A stretch of DNA of 56,371 nt, from the NCBI GenBank assembly GCA_964482715.1, contig CAYZYX010000007.1, forward strand, positions 1 to 56,371. Direction: 5' to 3'. The first letter of the stretch is position 1; each line of letters opens with the position of its first letter. The position numbers and the translations under genes were made by a program. Origin of the DNA: an uncultured Clostridia bacterium. Its GTDB lineage: Bacteria > Aerophobota > Aerophobia > Aerophobales > B3-G15. Below the pieces are notes generated by a model that saw only the letters and a list, made by a program, of their open reading frames with translations, was not told where the DNA came from and did not search any database. Of the stretch, positions 1-9,289 are shown piece after piece.

Positions 1-29
1 TTGACAAAAAGGAGGTTATCTGGTATTAA
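1..29 (+). promoter_or_regulatory. sigma70-type promoter of the lacI-ABC operon
   Basis: TTGACA (1-6), 17-nt spacer, TG-n-TATTAA (21-29). Confidence 0.65.
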
Positions 30-30
30 A

Positions 31-60
31 TATACAAACGTTTACGCAATCGTTTGTATA
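31..60. promoter_or_regulatory. Tandem LacI-family operator / palindrome
   Basis: TATACAAACG-N10-CGTTTGTATA perfect inverted repeat containing two CG-centred LacI-type sites (CAAACGTTTAC, GCAATCGTTTG), immediately downstream of the -10 box of a lacI gene. Confidence 0.7.
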
Positions 61-66
61 TAGGCT

Positions 67-1104
67 ATGCAAAAAAAATCCATAACCATTAAGGATGTAG
101 CCAGATATGCCGGGGTTTCTACCAGTACAGTATCTCATGTTATTAACAGGACTCGCTTTGTTAAAGACTCTACCAGACAAAAGGTTCTCAAAGCTATCTC
201 TGACCTTGGTTATCATCCCAATATTCTGGCTCGCAATTTGAGGAGAAGAAAAACAAACACCGTTGGACTTATCATCTGTGACTTGACTAATCCCTTTTTT
301 TCTGAAATACTGCGAGGAATAGAGCAGTGTTTAGGAAAAGAGGGTTACAGTATTATAGTAGCCAACACGGATTACGATATCAAAAAAGAAAGCGACTCAG
401 TGAGGCTATTTTACAGCAAAAGAGTGGACGGATTTATAATTGTCCCTGCCAGCAATGAAGACAGACATGTTAAATTTCTGGTTGACAATAATGTTCCGAT
501 TGTACTTTTAGACCGCAAACTGGATAAGGTTAGAGCTGACAGTGTGATAGTGGACAACTTCGGAGGAACAAAAAAATTGACTGCACATCTTATAAATTCA
601 GGTCACAGAAGAATAGGAATAATAACAGGTTCTACAAATTGCACTCCCGGGAAAGAAAGATTGGCCGGATACTTAGAAGCTTTAAAGATGAGCAGCCTCC
701 CGGTAGATGAAAGTATGATCAAAATTGGCAATTTTAAACAAGAAAGTGGCTATAAATTAGCTTTAGAACTTTTATCTCTTTCGTCTCCACCTACGGCAAT
801 TGTTGCTTGCAATAACTTGATGGGTTTAGGGGTCTTAGATGCATTAAAGGACAGGAAAATCCATATTCCAGAGGAAATAGCTGTGGTAGTATTTGATGAT
901 ATGCCCTGGTTTAGACACATCAATCCTCCTCTTACTGTAGTTGCCCAACCATCTTTTGAGCTGGGTGTCACAGCCGGAAGGCTTCTTTTAGAACAGATAA
1001 AAAAGGAAAGAAGAAAACCCAGGGAAATAGTTTTTAAGGTTGACCTGGTAGTTAGGGATTCAGCAGGTGAAAAAGAAGAAAAGAGAAGTAAGATGTATAT
1101 CTGA
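67..1104 (+). CDS. LacI-family transcriptional regulator
   Basis: N-terminal TIKDVARYAGVSTSTVSHVIN HTH, YHPN hinge, periplasmic-binding-like C-terminal domain. Confidence 0.97.
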   Translation: MQKKSITIKDVARYAGVSTSTVSHVINRTRFVKDSTRQKVLKAISDLGYHPNILARNLRRRKTNTVGLIICDLTNPFFSEILRGIEQCLGKEGYSIIVANTDYDIKKESDSVRLFYSKRVDGFIIVPASNEDRHVKFLVDNNVPIVLLDRKLDKVRADSVIVDNFGGTKKLTAHLINSGHRRIGIITGSTNCTPGKERLAGYLEALKMSSLPVDESMIKIGNFKQESGYKLALELLSLSSPPTAIVACNNLMGLGVLDALKDRKIHIPEEIAVVVFDDMPWFRHINPPLTVVAQPSFELGVTAGRLLLEQIKKERRKPREIVFKVDLVVRDSAGEKEEKRSKMYI

Positions 1105-1185
1105 TACTTTCGGAATGGCTAATTTTCTGAAAAGGAGGTGAGGTTTCTGACAATAAAAAATATTTGAGAAAAAGGAGGGGAGAAG

Positions 1186-2694
1186 ATGCTAAAAAGCAGG
1201 CTATTGGTGTTGGTGATAGGGGTTTTAATGATTATGGCTACGTTCTTATCTACCTCTGTAATGGCACAACCTCGGATCAGGGTTCTTTTTCTTACCTGTC
1301 CTGATGCTCTTAACTTAAGGGATATGGTTCCTGAATTTGAAAAGAAATTTGGAATAAAAGTTGACTGGGAAGATACAGCCTATGCAGATATTCATACCAA
1401 GGAGATAAGCGATTTTGTTGCCCACAGTGGTCGCTACGATGTGATAATGATGGACAACCCCTGGCTTCCAGAATTTGCCGGTGGAGGATATATAGAGAGT
1501 CTGGAACCTTACATTTTAGCCGCAGGTCTTGATTTAAAAAAGGACTATGACAAAAAATGGCCACCTGGAGTTGAACTGTATCCTACCATTTATTTAGAAG
1601 ATGAAATAGTACCGGTGCTTAATTTCTATGGAAACTGGAAGGGAAAATTGTTCTGTATTCCCTATATGCCCGGTGTACAAATGCTTTATTATCGCAAAGA
1701 TATTTTTAATGATCCCAAGGAAAAGGCTGAGTTTTTTGCCAAATATGGATATGAACTTCAGGTTCCGAAAACATGGGCACAATTCCGTGATGTTGCCGAA
1801 TTTTTCACCCGACCACCTAAAATGTATGGCTTTTCCTGGTCTGCTGGAAAAGGAAATATGGCGGTTCAGAACTATTACAATGTTGCCTGGTCCTGGGGAG
1901 CCGATTGTTTCGCCTTTGGTCAGGGTTTTCCTGATGAAAAAGACCCCATTCACAACATGCCCATCTGCAACAGCCCTATTGGAGTCAAGGCTCTTGAATT
2001 TTTTATCTCTCTGAAGCCATTTATGCCTCCCGGAGTAGCTGCTTATGAATGGGCGGAAATCACCGAAGATTATATCAGCGGAAAAGTCCCCATGATGATT
2101 CAATGGTCTGTGTTCACTCCTCAGATTGAAGACCCGGAAAGATCTGTGGCAGCAGGGAAGACGGGTTATGCTGTACTTCCGGGATATCCAGATGCTCCCA
2201 TAAACAATGTCCCGGGTATAATTCCTGGAGAAGGATATTCTTCCCTGGGAGGATGGGGACTGGTGATGAATAAAGATTCTCGACATAAGGAAGCTGCCTG
2301 GAAATTTATTAGCTGGGCTACTGGTTTAACCATGACTGACGAGGAATTCTTCAATTATCTGGAGAAAGGTTTCTCCAACTCCGGACGAATTAAAGCCTAC
2401 ACTATGCCCAATACAAGAGGATACAAAGTTGGACGATATCAAACCGAACTTGAGATGTATAAGGCCCACCTAAGACGAAGACCTGCCATTGCTGAGGAAG
2501 TAGAATATGAACTGATTGTTGGGACCGAGGTTCAGAAAGCTTTTGTGGAAGAGAAGACAGCGAAGCAGGCTCTTGATGACGCTGCAAAATCTCTTTATGA
2601 GCTAATGGTTAGAGGTGGATATATCCCCTCAGATCAGCCACTGGTCTGGCCAAGCAAGTATGTCAATCCGGATGGGACAAAAGTAGTCCAGTAG
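1186..2694 (+). CDS. Sugar ABC transporter substrate-binding protein (CUT1)
   Basis: Signal peptide; YDVIMMD, LYYRKD, PKTWAQF, LGGWGL and AAWKFI motifs; strong RBS. Confidence 0.92.
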   Translation: MLKSRLLVLVIGVLMIMATFLSTSVMAQPRIRVLFLTCPDALNLRDMVPEFEKKFGIKVDWEDTAYADIHTKEISDFVAHSGRYDVIMMDNPWLPEFAGGGYIESLEPYILAAGLDLKKDYDKKWPPGVELYPTIYLEDEIVPVLNFYGNWKGKLFCIPYMPGVQMLYYRKDIFNDPKEKAEFFAKYGYELQVPKTWAQFRDVAEFFTRPPKMYGFSWSAGKGNMAVQNYYNVAWSWGADCFAFGQGFPDEKDPIHNMPICNSPIGVKALEFFISLKPFMPPGVAAYEWAEITEDYISGKVPMMIQWSVFTPQIEDPERSVAAGKTGYAVLPGYPDAPINNVPGIIPGEGYSSLGGWGLVMNKDSRHKEAAWKFISWATGLTMTDEEFFNYLEKGFSNSGRIKAYTMPNTRGYKVGRYQTELEMYKAHLRRRPAIAEEVEYELIVGTEVQKAFVEEKTAKQALDDAAKSLYELMVRGGYIPSDQPLVWPSKYVNPDGTKVVQ

Positions 2695-2722
2695 AAGTCT
2701 TATGTAACTGACAAATTATAAA

Positions 2723-2760
2723 TAAGAGGTTACCCTTTGAAAATAAAGGGTAACCTCTTA
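2723..2760. terminator. Intergenic stem-loop after the binding-protein gene (terminator or mRNA stabiliser)
   Basis: Perfect 16-bp stem TAAGAGGTTACCCTTT / AAAGGGTAACCTCTTA with a 6-nt loop. Confidence 0.75.
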
Positions 2761-2786
2761 CTGAAAAAATCTAAAACCAGAGCAAC

Positions 2787-3677
2787 ATGTGGATAAAAGT
2801 AGAAACTTTCTTACATAAAAAAGCAGGTTATCTTCTGTTAGTTCCCGCTATAGCCGTATTGCTTTTTTTAATAATCTATCCCATGGTTTATTCAATCTGG
2901 CTAAGTCTTCATACCTGGTATTTGTCTAAACCACAGTGGTTCCCTTTTGTAGGCCTGAAGAATTACTACGTTCTTATTTTTGAAGACAAGGTTTTTAGAA
3001 TTGCCCTTTTTAATACTTTTATACTTACAGGTGTATGTGTCCCTGTAGAGTTTGGTCTTGGCTTTCTCCTGGCCATATTGCTGACTCGAGAAGATATTAA
3101 AGGGAGAAAGTTCTTTCGGGCCTGTTTTGTAATGCCTCTTGCCATCACACCCATAGTGGTGGGAGTTCTCTGGAGATTTATTCTTCATCCACGTTATGGA
3201 ATCTTGAATTACGGCCTGGGATTTTTGAGTATTCAACCAATTCAATGGGTTGCTGACCCTCGTTTTGCTCTAATATCTGTTATGATGGTGGACATCTGGG
3301 AATGGACACCTTTTATGGTCCTGGTTCTCTATGCGGGTCTTATTTCTCTCCCCCGGGAGCCGATGGAAGCTGCAAAAATAGACGGGGCGTCCGGATGGCA
3401 GGAGTTTGTCTATATTTCTTTACCTTTGGTGCTACCTATAATTGCAGTTGCAGTTTTAATCCGTGTGATGGACATAATCAAGATGTTTGACATAGTTTAT
3501 GTTCTTACGAGGGGTGGTCCCGGAGATGCCACTGAATTTCTATCACTTTATAATTTCCGCATAGGTCTTAATTACTTCTACATGGGTAAAGCAGCGGCTC
3601 TCTCCTGGATCATTGCTATACTGGTTATAATTTTAGCTCAAATATTCCTGAGAGTAGTAAAACTGGAAAAGGTATGA
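2787..3677 (+). CDS. Sugar ABC transporter permease (MalF/UgpA type)
   Basis: Multiple TM segments, EAAKIDGA EAA loop, FDIVYVLTRGGPG. Confidence 0.95.
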   Translation: MWIKVETFLHKKAGYLLLVPAIAVLLFLIIYPMVYSIWLSLHTWYLSKPQWFPFVGLKNYYVLIFEDKVFRIALFNTFILTGVCVPVEFGLGFLLAILLTREDIKGRKFFRACFVMPLAITPIVVGVLWRFILHPRYGILNYGLGFLSIQPIQWVADPRFALISVMMVDIWEWTPFMVLVLYAGLISLPREPMEAAKIDGASGWQEFVYISLPLVLPIIAVAVLIRVMDIIKMFDIVYVLTRGGPGDATEFLSLYNFRIGLNYFYMGKAAALSWIIAILVIILAQIFLRVVKLEKV

Positions 3678-3684
3678 GGCTACA

Positions 3685-4512
3685 ATGGAGACAAAAAAAG
3701 TAAATTTGGGTTTAGGATTAGCTTATTTTGTTCTGATTATGGCAACTATAATAATACTTTTTCCGCTTTTCTGGCTGTTTTCCTGTGCACTGAAGGAAAG
3801 TAAAGACCTCTGGTCAATTCCTCCTGTCTGGTTTTTTTACCCGACTTTGAAGCATTTTGTCCTTGTTCTGGAAGAAAGGCATTTTGTAAAATATCTGGTG
3901 AACAGTTTAGTGGTTGCTTCTGGAAGTACTGGTATTTCTATTTTCCTGGGAAGCCTTGCAGCTTATGCTCTGGCTCGTTTTTCTATTAAAGGTGGAAAAA
4001 ATATAGCTTTCTGGATTATAAGCTTAAGAATGATGCCCCCTATCGTTGTAATTATACCCCTCTACATTTTCTTCTCCCGCCTTAGACTTATCGATACCCA
4101 TATAGGGTTAATCCTCGCACACATTACACTCAATTTACCATTTGCCGTATGGATGCTAATGGGTTTCCTCCAGGAATTACCAAAGGAACTGGAAGAGGCA
4201 GCTTTAACAGATGGCTGTACCCCGCTTGGAGCTTTATTTAGAATATTGCTCCCGGTTACTCTGCCAGGCCTTGCCGCCACAGGAGTTTTCTGTATGATCT
4301 GGTCCTGGAATGATTTTATATTTGCTTTTTCACTTACCAGCACCGAAGCGGCCACTTTACCGGTTCCTATCTCAGGCTTTCTGGGAGATTACGTATGGGA
4401 GTGGTCGGCATTTTATGCTGGAGGAAGTATAGCCGCAGCACCTATTATTCTGCTTGCTCTCGTAACCCAAAAATACCTTGTGCGAGGTATAACTTTTGGA
4501 GCAGTAAAATAA
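3685..4512 (+). CDS. Sugar ABC transporter permease (MalG/UgpE type)
   Basis: EEAALTDG EAA loop, SWNDF, C-terminal QKYLVRGITFGAVK. Confidence 0.95.
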   Translation: METKKVNLGLGLAYFVLIMATIIILFPLFWLFSCALKESKDLWSIPPVWFFYPTLKHFVLVLEERHFVKYLVNSLVVASGSTGISIFLGSLAAYALARFSIKGGKNIAFWIISLRMMPPIVVIIPLYIFFSRLRLIDTHIGLILAHITLNLPFAVWMLMGFLQELPKELEEAALTDGCTPLGALFRILLPVTLPGLAATGVFCMIWSWNDFIFAFSLTSTEAATLPVPISGFLGDYVWEWSAFYAGGSIAAAPIILLALVTQKYLVRGITFGAVK

Positions 4513-4531
4513 TAAAGACTCAAACCTATAT

Positions 4532-5515
4532 TTAAGGTAAAAGCATTTTTCTCAAAAGAGAAGAAGCCCTGGTAGCATCGTGCTCCTTAATAACCTTTTC
4601 AATCTCCTCCTTTCCCGCTTTATCTATTAACTTAAAAAGACCTTTGATCCACTCTATTCCCTCTATAGCAGCTTTTTTTCCATCCTCCCGATATGGAAAG
4701 ACATCAAGAGAATACCATCCATCATAGCCGGTCTTATCCAGCCAGAAGCAAAGCTCCAGCATTTCAATAGTGTGAACTGATGCTGGAATCATATCATCAT
4801 CCCATAACCGGTAGTTATCGTTAAGGTGAAGATGAAAGAGTTTATTGCCAAATCTTTTCAAAAGGGCAACACTTTCTGCCATGTTTTCGTATCCTTCAAG
4901 AGCATGACCAACGTCCAGAGTAACCCCAACATTGTCCTTACCCACTTCCTGCACAAGCAGAATGACCTTACCCACAGTCCCGATGAAACAGTGGGTCCTT
5001 GGCTCTTTTATCTTGTATTCCACTGAAATTTTAACATCGGGCAGATATTCTGCACACTGGATTAGTCCTTCAACTATCTGGTCCCAGGCCTGCATATAAT
5101 CAGCCTGGAAGGAGTAGTCATATCCATCCTGACCAAACCAGGGGGAGACTATCTCACATCCAATTTCCCTGGCAAGATCCATCGCCCGCTTGACTTCATC
5201 TATGGCATCCTGCCTTATCTTTTTGTCCGGAGCGGCAAAGCTTCCCAGGCCCCATTTAGCTGAGGACCAGAGCTCCGGAATGATAACCGAGACTTTTAAC
5301 CCATAATCTTCAACCTTTTTCACCACCTGCCTGGCATTATCTCTGGTGAGATGCCATCCACCAACAAGTTCCACTCCTTGAAGATCGGGAACTTCCTTTG
5401 CGGCTTTCATCATTTCATCAAAACTTTTCCTGGGAGAATAACCTTCAAGTACATAGCGATCAGCACAGCTTCCAAACACAGCCGCTACCGCCGAAAACCT
5501 TAATTTTCTCTCCAT
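4532..5515 (-). CDS. Xylose-isomerase-like TIM-barrel sugar isomerase
   Basis: W-x-G-Q-D-G-Y-D-Y, EYKIKEPR, DVGH, HLHLND and WDDD metal-binding motifs. Confidence 0.85.
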   Translation of the reverse strand: MERKLRFSAVAAVFGSCADRYVLEGYSPRKSFDEMMKAAKEVPDLQGVELVGGWHLTRDNARQVVKKVEDYGLKVSVIIPELWSSAKWGLGSFAAPDKKIRQDAIDEVKRAMDLAREIGCEIVSPWFGQDGYDYSFQADYMQAWDQIVEGLIQCAEYLPDVKISVEYKIKEPRTHCFIGTVGKVILLVQEVGKDNVGVTLDVGHALEGYENMAESVALLKRFGNKLFHLHLNDNYRLWDDDMIPASVHTIEMLELCFWLDKTGYDGWYSLDVFPYREDGKKAAIEGIEWIKGLFKLIDKAGKEEIEKVIKEHDATRASSLLRKMLLP

Positions 5516-5564
5516 CTTTTCTTACTCCTTCTCCTTTTTGTTTTCGTTGTTTGTAATTATAATA

Positions 5565-5593
5565 AGTATAAATTTATTCTCTTCTGAAGTCAA
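5565..5593 (-). promoter_or_regulatory. sigma70 promoter of the isomerase gene
   Basis: TTGACT-17-TATACT on the minus strand. Confidence 0.6.
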
Positions 5594-5608
5594 ATTGAAG
5601 CTGCGTTT

Positions 5609-6907
5609 TCACTCTTTCGGGGAAAATAGTCTGTCCTGCAGTTTTCTCAGGTTAACAAGAAGGTTATCCTCAAGTTCAACTTGATCTAAGGTTAAACAAT
5701 CACCTTTTCTTACATCAGTTTTAAGGATTGCGCCTTCTGCCAGTCCTAAAGGTAAAAGATTTTCCTTGCGAGCAACCGATGCCTTTTCAATCAAGCCGTA
5801 AATATCAAACCGTCCAATTCCATCAATGGTCATTCCTTTTTTTAAATCCCTTTTGGCAACTGTAATTGTCTCAGCCACTGGATTTTTTAAAGGAACAAGG
5901 GTTGGCTCATTGTAAATAACCGCCCGCGCAATGGAAAGAGGAACCTCTATACTGACAAGGTGGTAAGGACGATAAAGAAGATAGTTCGGTCCTTTTCCCA
6001 TCCCTATGTATTCAAGATCTTGAATCAGTCGCCTGTTTTTCGTTGTTACCACTACAAAAACACCGGGTGCTATTTTTCCAAGAGCGTAGTCCACAACACC
6101 TTCCTGATTTAAGATTCCACCCTGATTCCTTAGAGAGAAAACAGTGGCAATTTCTTCAGGTTCACATTCTGGACCATGCATTCCCCGTACGTCAGGAATA
6201 AGGCCAGTAGCATTAGCCAGAGCTGCCATCTCTATCATTGTCTTGCTTCCATCCACAAACTCGCAGAGCATTTTTGGATTTATTCCTTTTTTTCGGGCAA
6301 TTTCCTTAAGGCTTTCAGGAGTTGCCTCCCTGTTCAGAGGATTGTTTTTTCCTTTTCCAGCAGCCACTACTTTAAATCCTAAGGATGTTGCAAAATCATA
6401 AAGCTCTTTGATAGCTGCCGGTTCATCCCCAGCACCCACTGTGTAAACTACACCAGATCTTCTGGCCAGGTCGGACAGAATGTGTCCCACGGTTACATCG
6501 GTTTCTATATTCATCATAACGATGTGTTTTTTACTTCTTATAGCAGCAAAAGCTACTTCTGCCCCAACTCGTGGGATTCCCGTAGCTTCAACTACAACAT
6601 CCAGTAGAAAAAGCTGGGGGATGACCTCAGCTCTACCTGTAGCAACCCGCATCCCTTTTTCCAGTGCTTTATTACACTCGTCGGGGTCATCAGAATAAAA
6701 AACCTGTCCAGGGGGAATTCCTGTCTCCTTAAATATGTTTAAGGTTCTTCTTTTATCAATGTCACAGGCTGCCACAACCTTCATTCCTTTCATCTGTGAG
6801 ATAATCGTTATTACCCCGGCTCCCATCTGTCCAACACCCACAACTCCAACCTTAATAGGCCTTTTTTCTCGTTCCAGGTTGGCTAATTTCTCGGGTAAAT
6901 TGAGCAT
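5609..6907 (-). CDS. NAD(P)-dependent oxidoreductase, homoserine-dehydrogenase-like with C-terminal SAF domain (COG4091)
   Basis: GVVGVGQMG Rossmann fold, GDEP, GKGKNNP, FVDGSKTMIEM, YRPYHL, SAF-like C-terminus. Confidence 0.85.
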   Translation of the reverse strand: MLNLPEKLANLEREKRPIKVGVVGVGQMGAGVITIISQMKGMKVVAACDIDKRRTLNIFKETGIPPGQVFYSDDPDECNKALEKGMRVATGRAEVIPQLFLLDVVVEATGIPRVGAEVAFAAIRSKKHIVMMNIETDVTVGHILSDLARRSGVVYTVGAGDEPAAIKELYDFATSLGFKVVAAGKGKNNPLNREATPESLKEIARKKGINPKMLCEFVDGSKTMIEMAALANATGLIPDVRGMHGPECEPEEIATVFSLRNQGGILNQEGVVDYALGKIAPGVFVVVTTKNRRLIQDLEYIGMGKGPNYLLYRPYHLVSIEVPLSIARAVIYNEPTLVPLKNPVAETITVAKRDLKKGMTIDGIGRFDIYGLIEKASVARKENLLPLGLAEGAILKTDVRKGDCLTLDQVELEDNLLVNLRKLQDRLFSPKE

Positions 6908-6954
6908 TTAAATTCTTCCGACAAATTTATTTTGTCCCCATCTCGTTCACAAAA

Positions 6955-8046
6955 TCAGATAACAGGATACCTACCATACTTCCAGCCTTCTTCAAGCATA
7001 GTCAGATAATTTTCTACCTTTACATAATTAGTTACACTGTTTCCGCTACCAAGACAATACCCTCCTCCCGGTGCACAATCTCTGATTATACCTCTGACAT
7101 AGTTTCTCACTTCCTCTTGCTCTTTTCTTGCCAGAACATCAACGTCAACTCCACCCAGAATAGCAATCCTATCACCGTATCTCTCTTTAGCCTCCTTCAC
7201 CGGGAGTATTATGTCCTCAAAGGAGTGTTTGGCATCAATACCTACATAATCAATCAGGTCTTCCATTATGGGTTCAAGATTACCACAGGAATGAAGCAGG
7301 AAGGGAAGACCCTTGCTATGAACAGCCTGAGCAATTTTTTTATGCCAGGGTAAAATATAGTTTCTCAAATGAGCAGGAGAAATTAGAGTCCCGGTTTTAT
7401 GTCCCATATCATCACAAAACCAGACAGCCCCTACATTATCTATCTCAACAAGATTCTCGTAAGTATGTAAAAGATGGTTTCCTATTTTATCTACTACACT
7501 TTTTACCAGTCGGGGTTTATCAACCAGAGCATAGGAAAAATTCTCATAACCCATAATCCACATAGTCCATTCAAGGACCCCCGAAGAACGAGGAATTATT
7601 TTCATCCCTTGAGGAAGATTTTTACCAGCGTATTCAATGGGAAAATAATCCACACTTTCAGGTTTTGGCCAGGGGTATTTTTCAAAATCTTCCCAGTCAG
7701 AAATAAGAGTCACCGACTGATTAACCCATTCTCTCTCCCCTCTTGATAAAGTAGCTGTATCAACTGTCTTAGCCCTTTTTCTGATAAGACCTGTATCCAC
7801 CCGCAAAGGGACATAGTCATAGCCCATCTGGTAGTAAAATCGTATGTGTTGATCAACAAACTGGCGATTTTCTTCTTTATTATGGGGCTCAGGTTTAACC
7901 AGAACCCTCTCATCCAATATTTTAGCTATAACCTCAGGGTCCACCATCAATTCAACAAAAGGAACCCTATCGGGCTCCCCTTTTCTGGAAATGGCCTTTT
8001 GAAATCTTGAAAAATCTGGTTGTGGATGGTCAACTGGTGATCTCAT
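6955..8046 (-). CDS. Uroporphyrinogen decarboxylase-family protein (MtaA/CmuA-like methyltransferase fold)
   Basis: PDRVPF, DDMG, LHSCGN, GGVDVD, GSGNS motifs; start placed at ATG 8046 behind a GGAGG RBS (ORF track extends to 8085). Confidence 0.85.
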   Translation of the reverse strand: MRSPVDHPQPDFSRFQKAISRKGEPDRVPFVELMVDPEVIAKILDERVLVKPEPHNKEENRQFVDQHIRFYYQMGYDYVPLRVDTGLIRKRAKTVDTATLSRGEREWVNQSVTLISDWEDFEKYPWPKPESVDYFPIEYAGKNLPQGMKIIPRSSGVLEWTMWIMGYENFSYALVDKPRLVKSVVDKIGNHLLHTYENLVEIDNVGAVWFCDDMGHKTGTLISPAHLRNYILPWHKKIAQAVHSKGLPFLLHSCGNLEPIMEDLIDYVGIDAKHSFEDIILPVKEAKERYGDRIAILGGVDVDVLARKEQEEVRNYVRGIIRDCAPGGGYCLGSGNSVTNYVKVENYLTMLEEGWKYGRYPVI

Positions 8047-8306
8047 TAGTTTATCCTCCCCACTTTTTGGATTAAAATATACCAAAAAACAAAAAGTAAG
8101 TCCACGATGTAAGAACCATTTTCTAAAATTTTTTTTTCAGTAAACCGAAATCAAGTGTATAATAAAAGTTGTGGTAAAAAATGTCATACAAAAAGAAGTT
8201 ATCCTGCTACCAGGAAGGGTTCGATGAACCTTTTGGTTTTTCAAAAGATGAATGGAAAATAACAAAACTTATTAAAATGGATACCCACCGGGGTTAAAAA
8301 GAAGAG

Positions 8307-8714
8307 TTAACTTATCCAGTTAACAGGTACTTCTTCCTCTAATTTTTTAAACTCTGGATCACCGGTTAAGACCAAAGCTTGATTTATCATAGCCAGAGCG
8401 CCAGCAAAGCAATCTCCAAATGCTACAGCATATTTTGCTTTTAGTCTGGCAGCCTGGTAGGTTATCGTTCTATTTACATCTACAACAGTAATCGGAAGCT
8501 GATCTATTATGAGTATACCTCTCTCCGCCTCTTTTTCTCCCTTAGAACGATAAAGGGCATAGTAAACTTCACCCCAATTGACTATACTGAGTAACAAAGG
8601 TGTTCTACTTGATTCTGCTTGATGCAAAAATCTCTCGACTCTATCAGCACCCTTCTCATTCTCAAAATAAGCTATTAAAGCGTAACTATCCAATACTATC
8701 CGTCCCGGGTTCAT
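8307..8714 (-). CDS. vapC: VapC-family PIN-domain toxin
   Basis: VLDSYALIA...EVYY...FGDCF...LTGDPEF PIN acidic residues; overlaps the antitoxin stop (ATGA). Confidence 0.92.
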   Translation of the reverse strand: MNPGRIVLDSYALIAYFENEKGADRVERFLHQAESSRTPLLLSIVNWGEVYYALYRSKGEKEAERGILIIDQLPITVVDVNRTITYQAARLKAKYAVAFGDCFAGALAMINQALVLTGDPEFKKLEEEVPVNWIS

Positions 8715-8941
8715 CTTTCAATATCCTCAGATCTACCTTTAATCAGAGCTTTTAAAGCAGATTTACCTCCTTTGAAAATACCCTTTGCTTCTCTCACAGG
8801 GTCCCTCAAAAGTAGTTGAATCACTATCTCTCCATTTCTATCTATAATTTTCACTCTTGTCCCTTTGGTAATGTGATACTTTTTTCGTAACTCGGCCGGT
8901 ATCACTATCTGACCTTTAACAGTAGTTTTAACAATATACAT
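8711..8941 (-). CDS. AbrB/MazE/SpoVT-family antitoxin
   Basis: KGQIVIPAELRKKY AbrB motif; directly upstream of the PIN toxin. Confidence 0.92.
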   Translation of the reverse strand: MYIVKTTVKGQIVIPAELRKKYHITKGTRVKIIDRNGEIVIQLLLRDPVREAKGIFKGGKSALKALIKGRSEDIER

Positions 8942-8978
8942 GTTATACCTGTTGCTTTTGTTATACTCTCTTGTCTAT

Positions 8979-9006
8979 ATCATAACAAATTTTTAACGTA
9001 TGTCAA
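8979..9006 (-). promoter_or_regulatory. sigma70 promoter of the TA operon
   Basis: TTGACA-16-TATGAT with extended -10 TG; downstream repeats GTATAACA at 8941-8948 and 8959-8966 may be operators. Confidence 0.65.
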
Positions 9007-9017
9007 TGATCTTTGAC

Positions 9018-9243
9018 CTGAGGTTGGGACACTTTTTCAAGTAGGTAAAGGTCCCGGATATCCCAAAGGAAGCCTCTTTTTGGCGAGCACTAAAACTTTT
9101 ACATGGTAGAAACTTTTGCACAGCCAAAAAGCGGAGGCCGAGCTGCACTAAAATTTTAAGTGAGATAAACCTCTTGCGAGGCCGTCTTCCGTGGGATATC
9201 CGGGACCCAGAAAAAAGCTGTGGGACAACTGTCCCAATCTCAG
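9018..9243. mobile_element. MITE, complete copy (226 bp)
   Basis: 14-bp TIRs CTGAGGTTGGGACA / TGTCCCAATCTCAG (1 mismatch); exact 8-bp flanking duplication TCTTTGAC (9010-9017, 9244-9251); no ORF of 60 aa or more; internal 16-bp perfect stem. Confidence 0.85.
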
Positions 9244-9289
9244 TCTTTGACCGGGTTAGCTGAATATGTTAATTATATAGAAAAAAGCC

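Noticed and set aside
6933-6946. TGTCCCCATCTCGT, an 11/14 match to the MITE TIR
   Set aside because: No partner TIR, TSD or nearby -35 box; may be chance.
8181-8297. 38-codon ORF (MSYKKKLSCYQEGF...) downstream of a TGTATAAT box
   Set aside because: No clear RBS and no recognisable family; a chance ORF of this size is plausible.
9018-9243. 6S, SRP, RNase P RNA or riboswitch identity for the structured region
   Set aside because: I see no hallmark motifs of these RNAs, and the TIRs, TSD and sister copies favour a mobile element; an Rfam scan is still needed.
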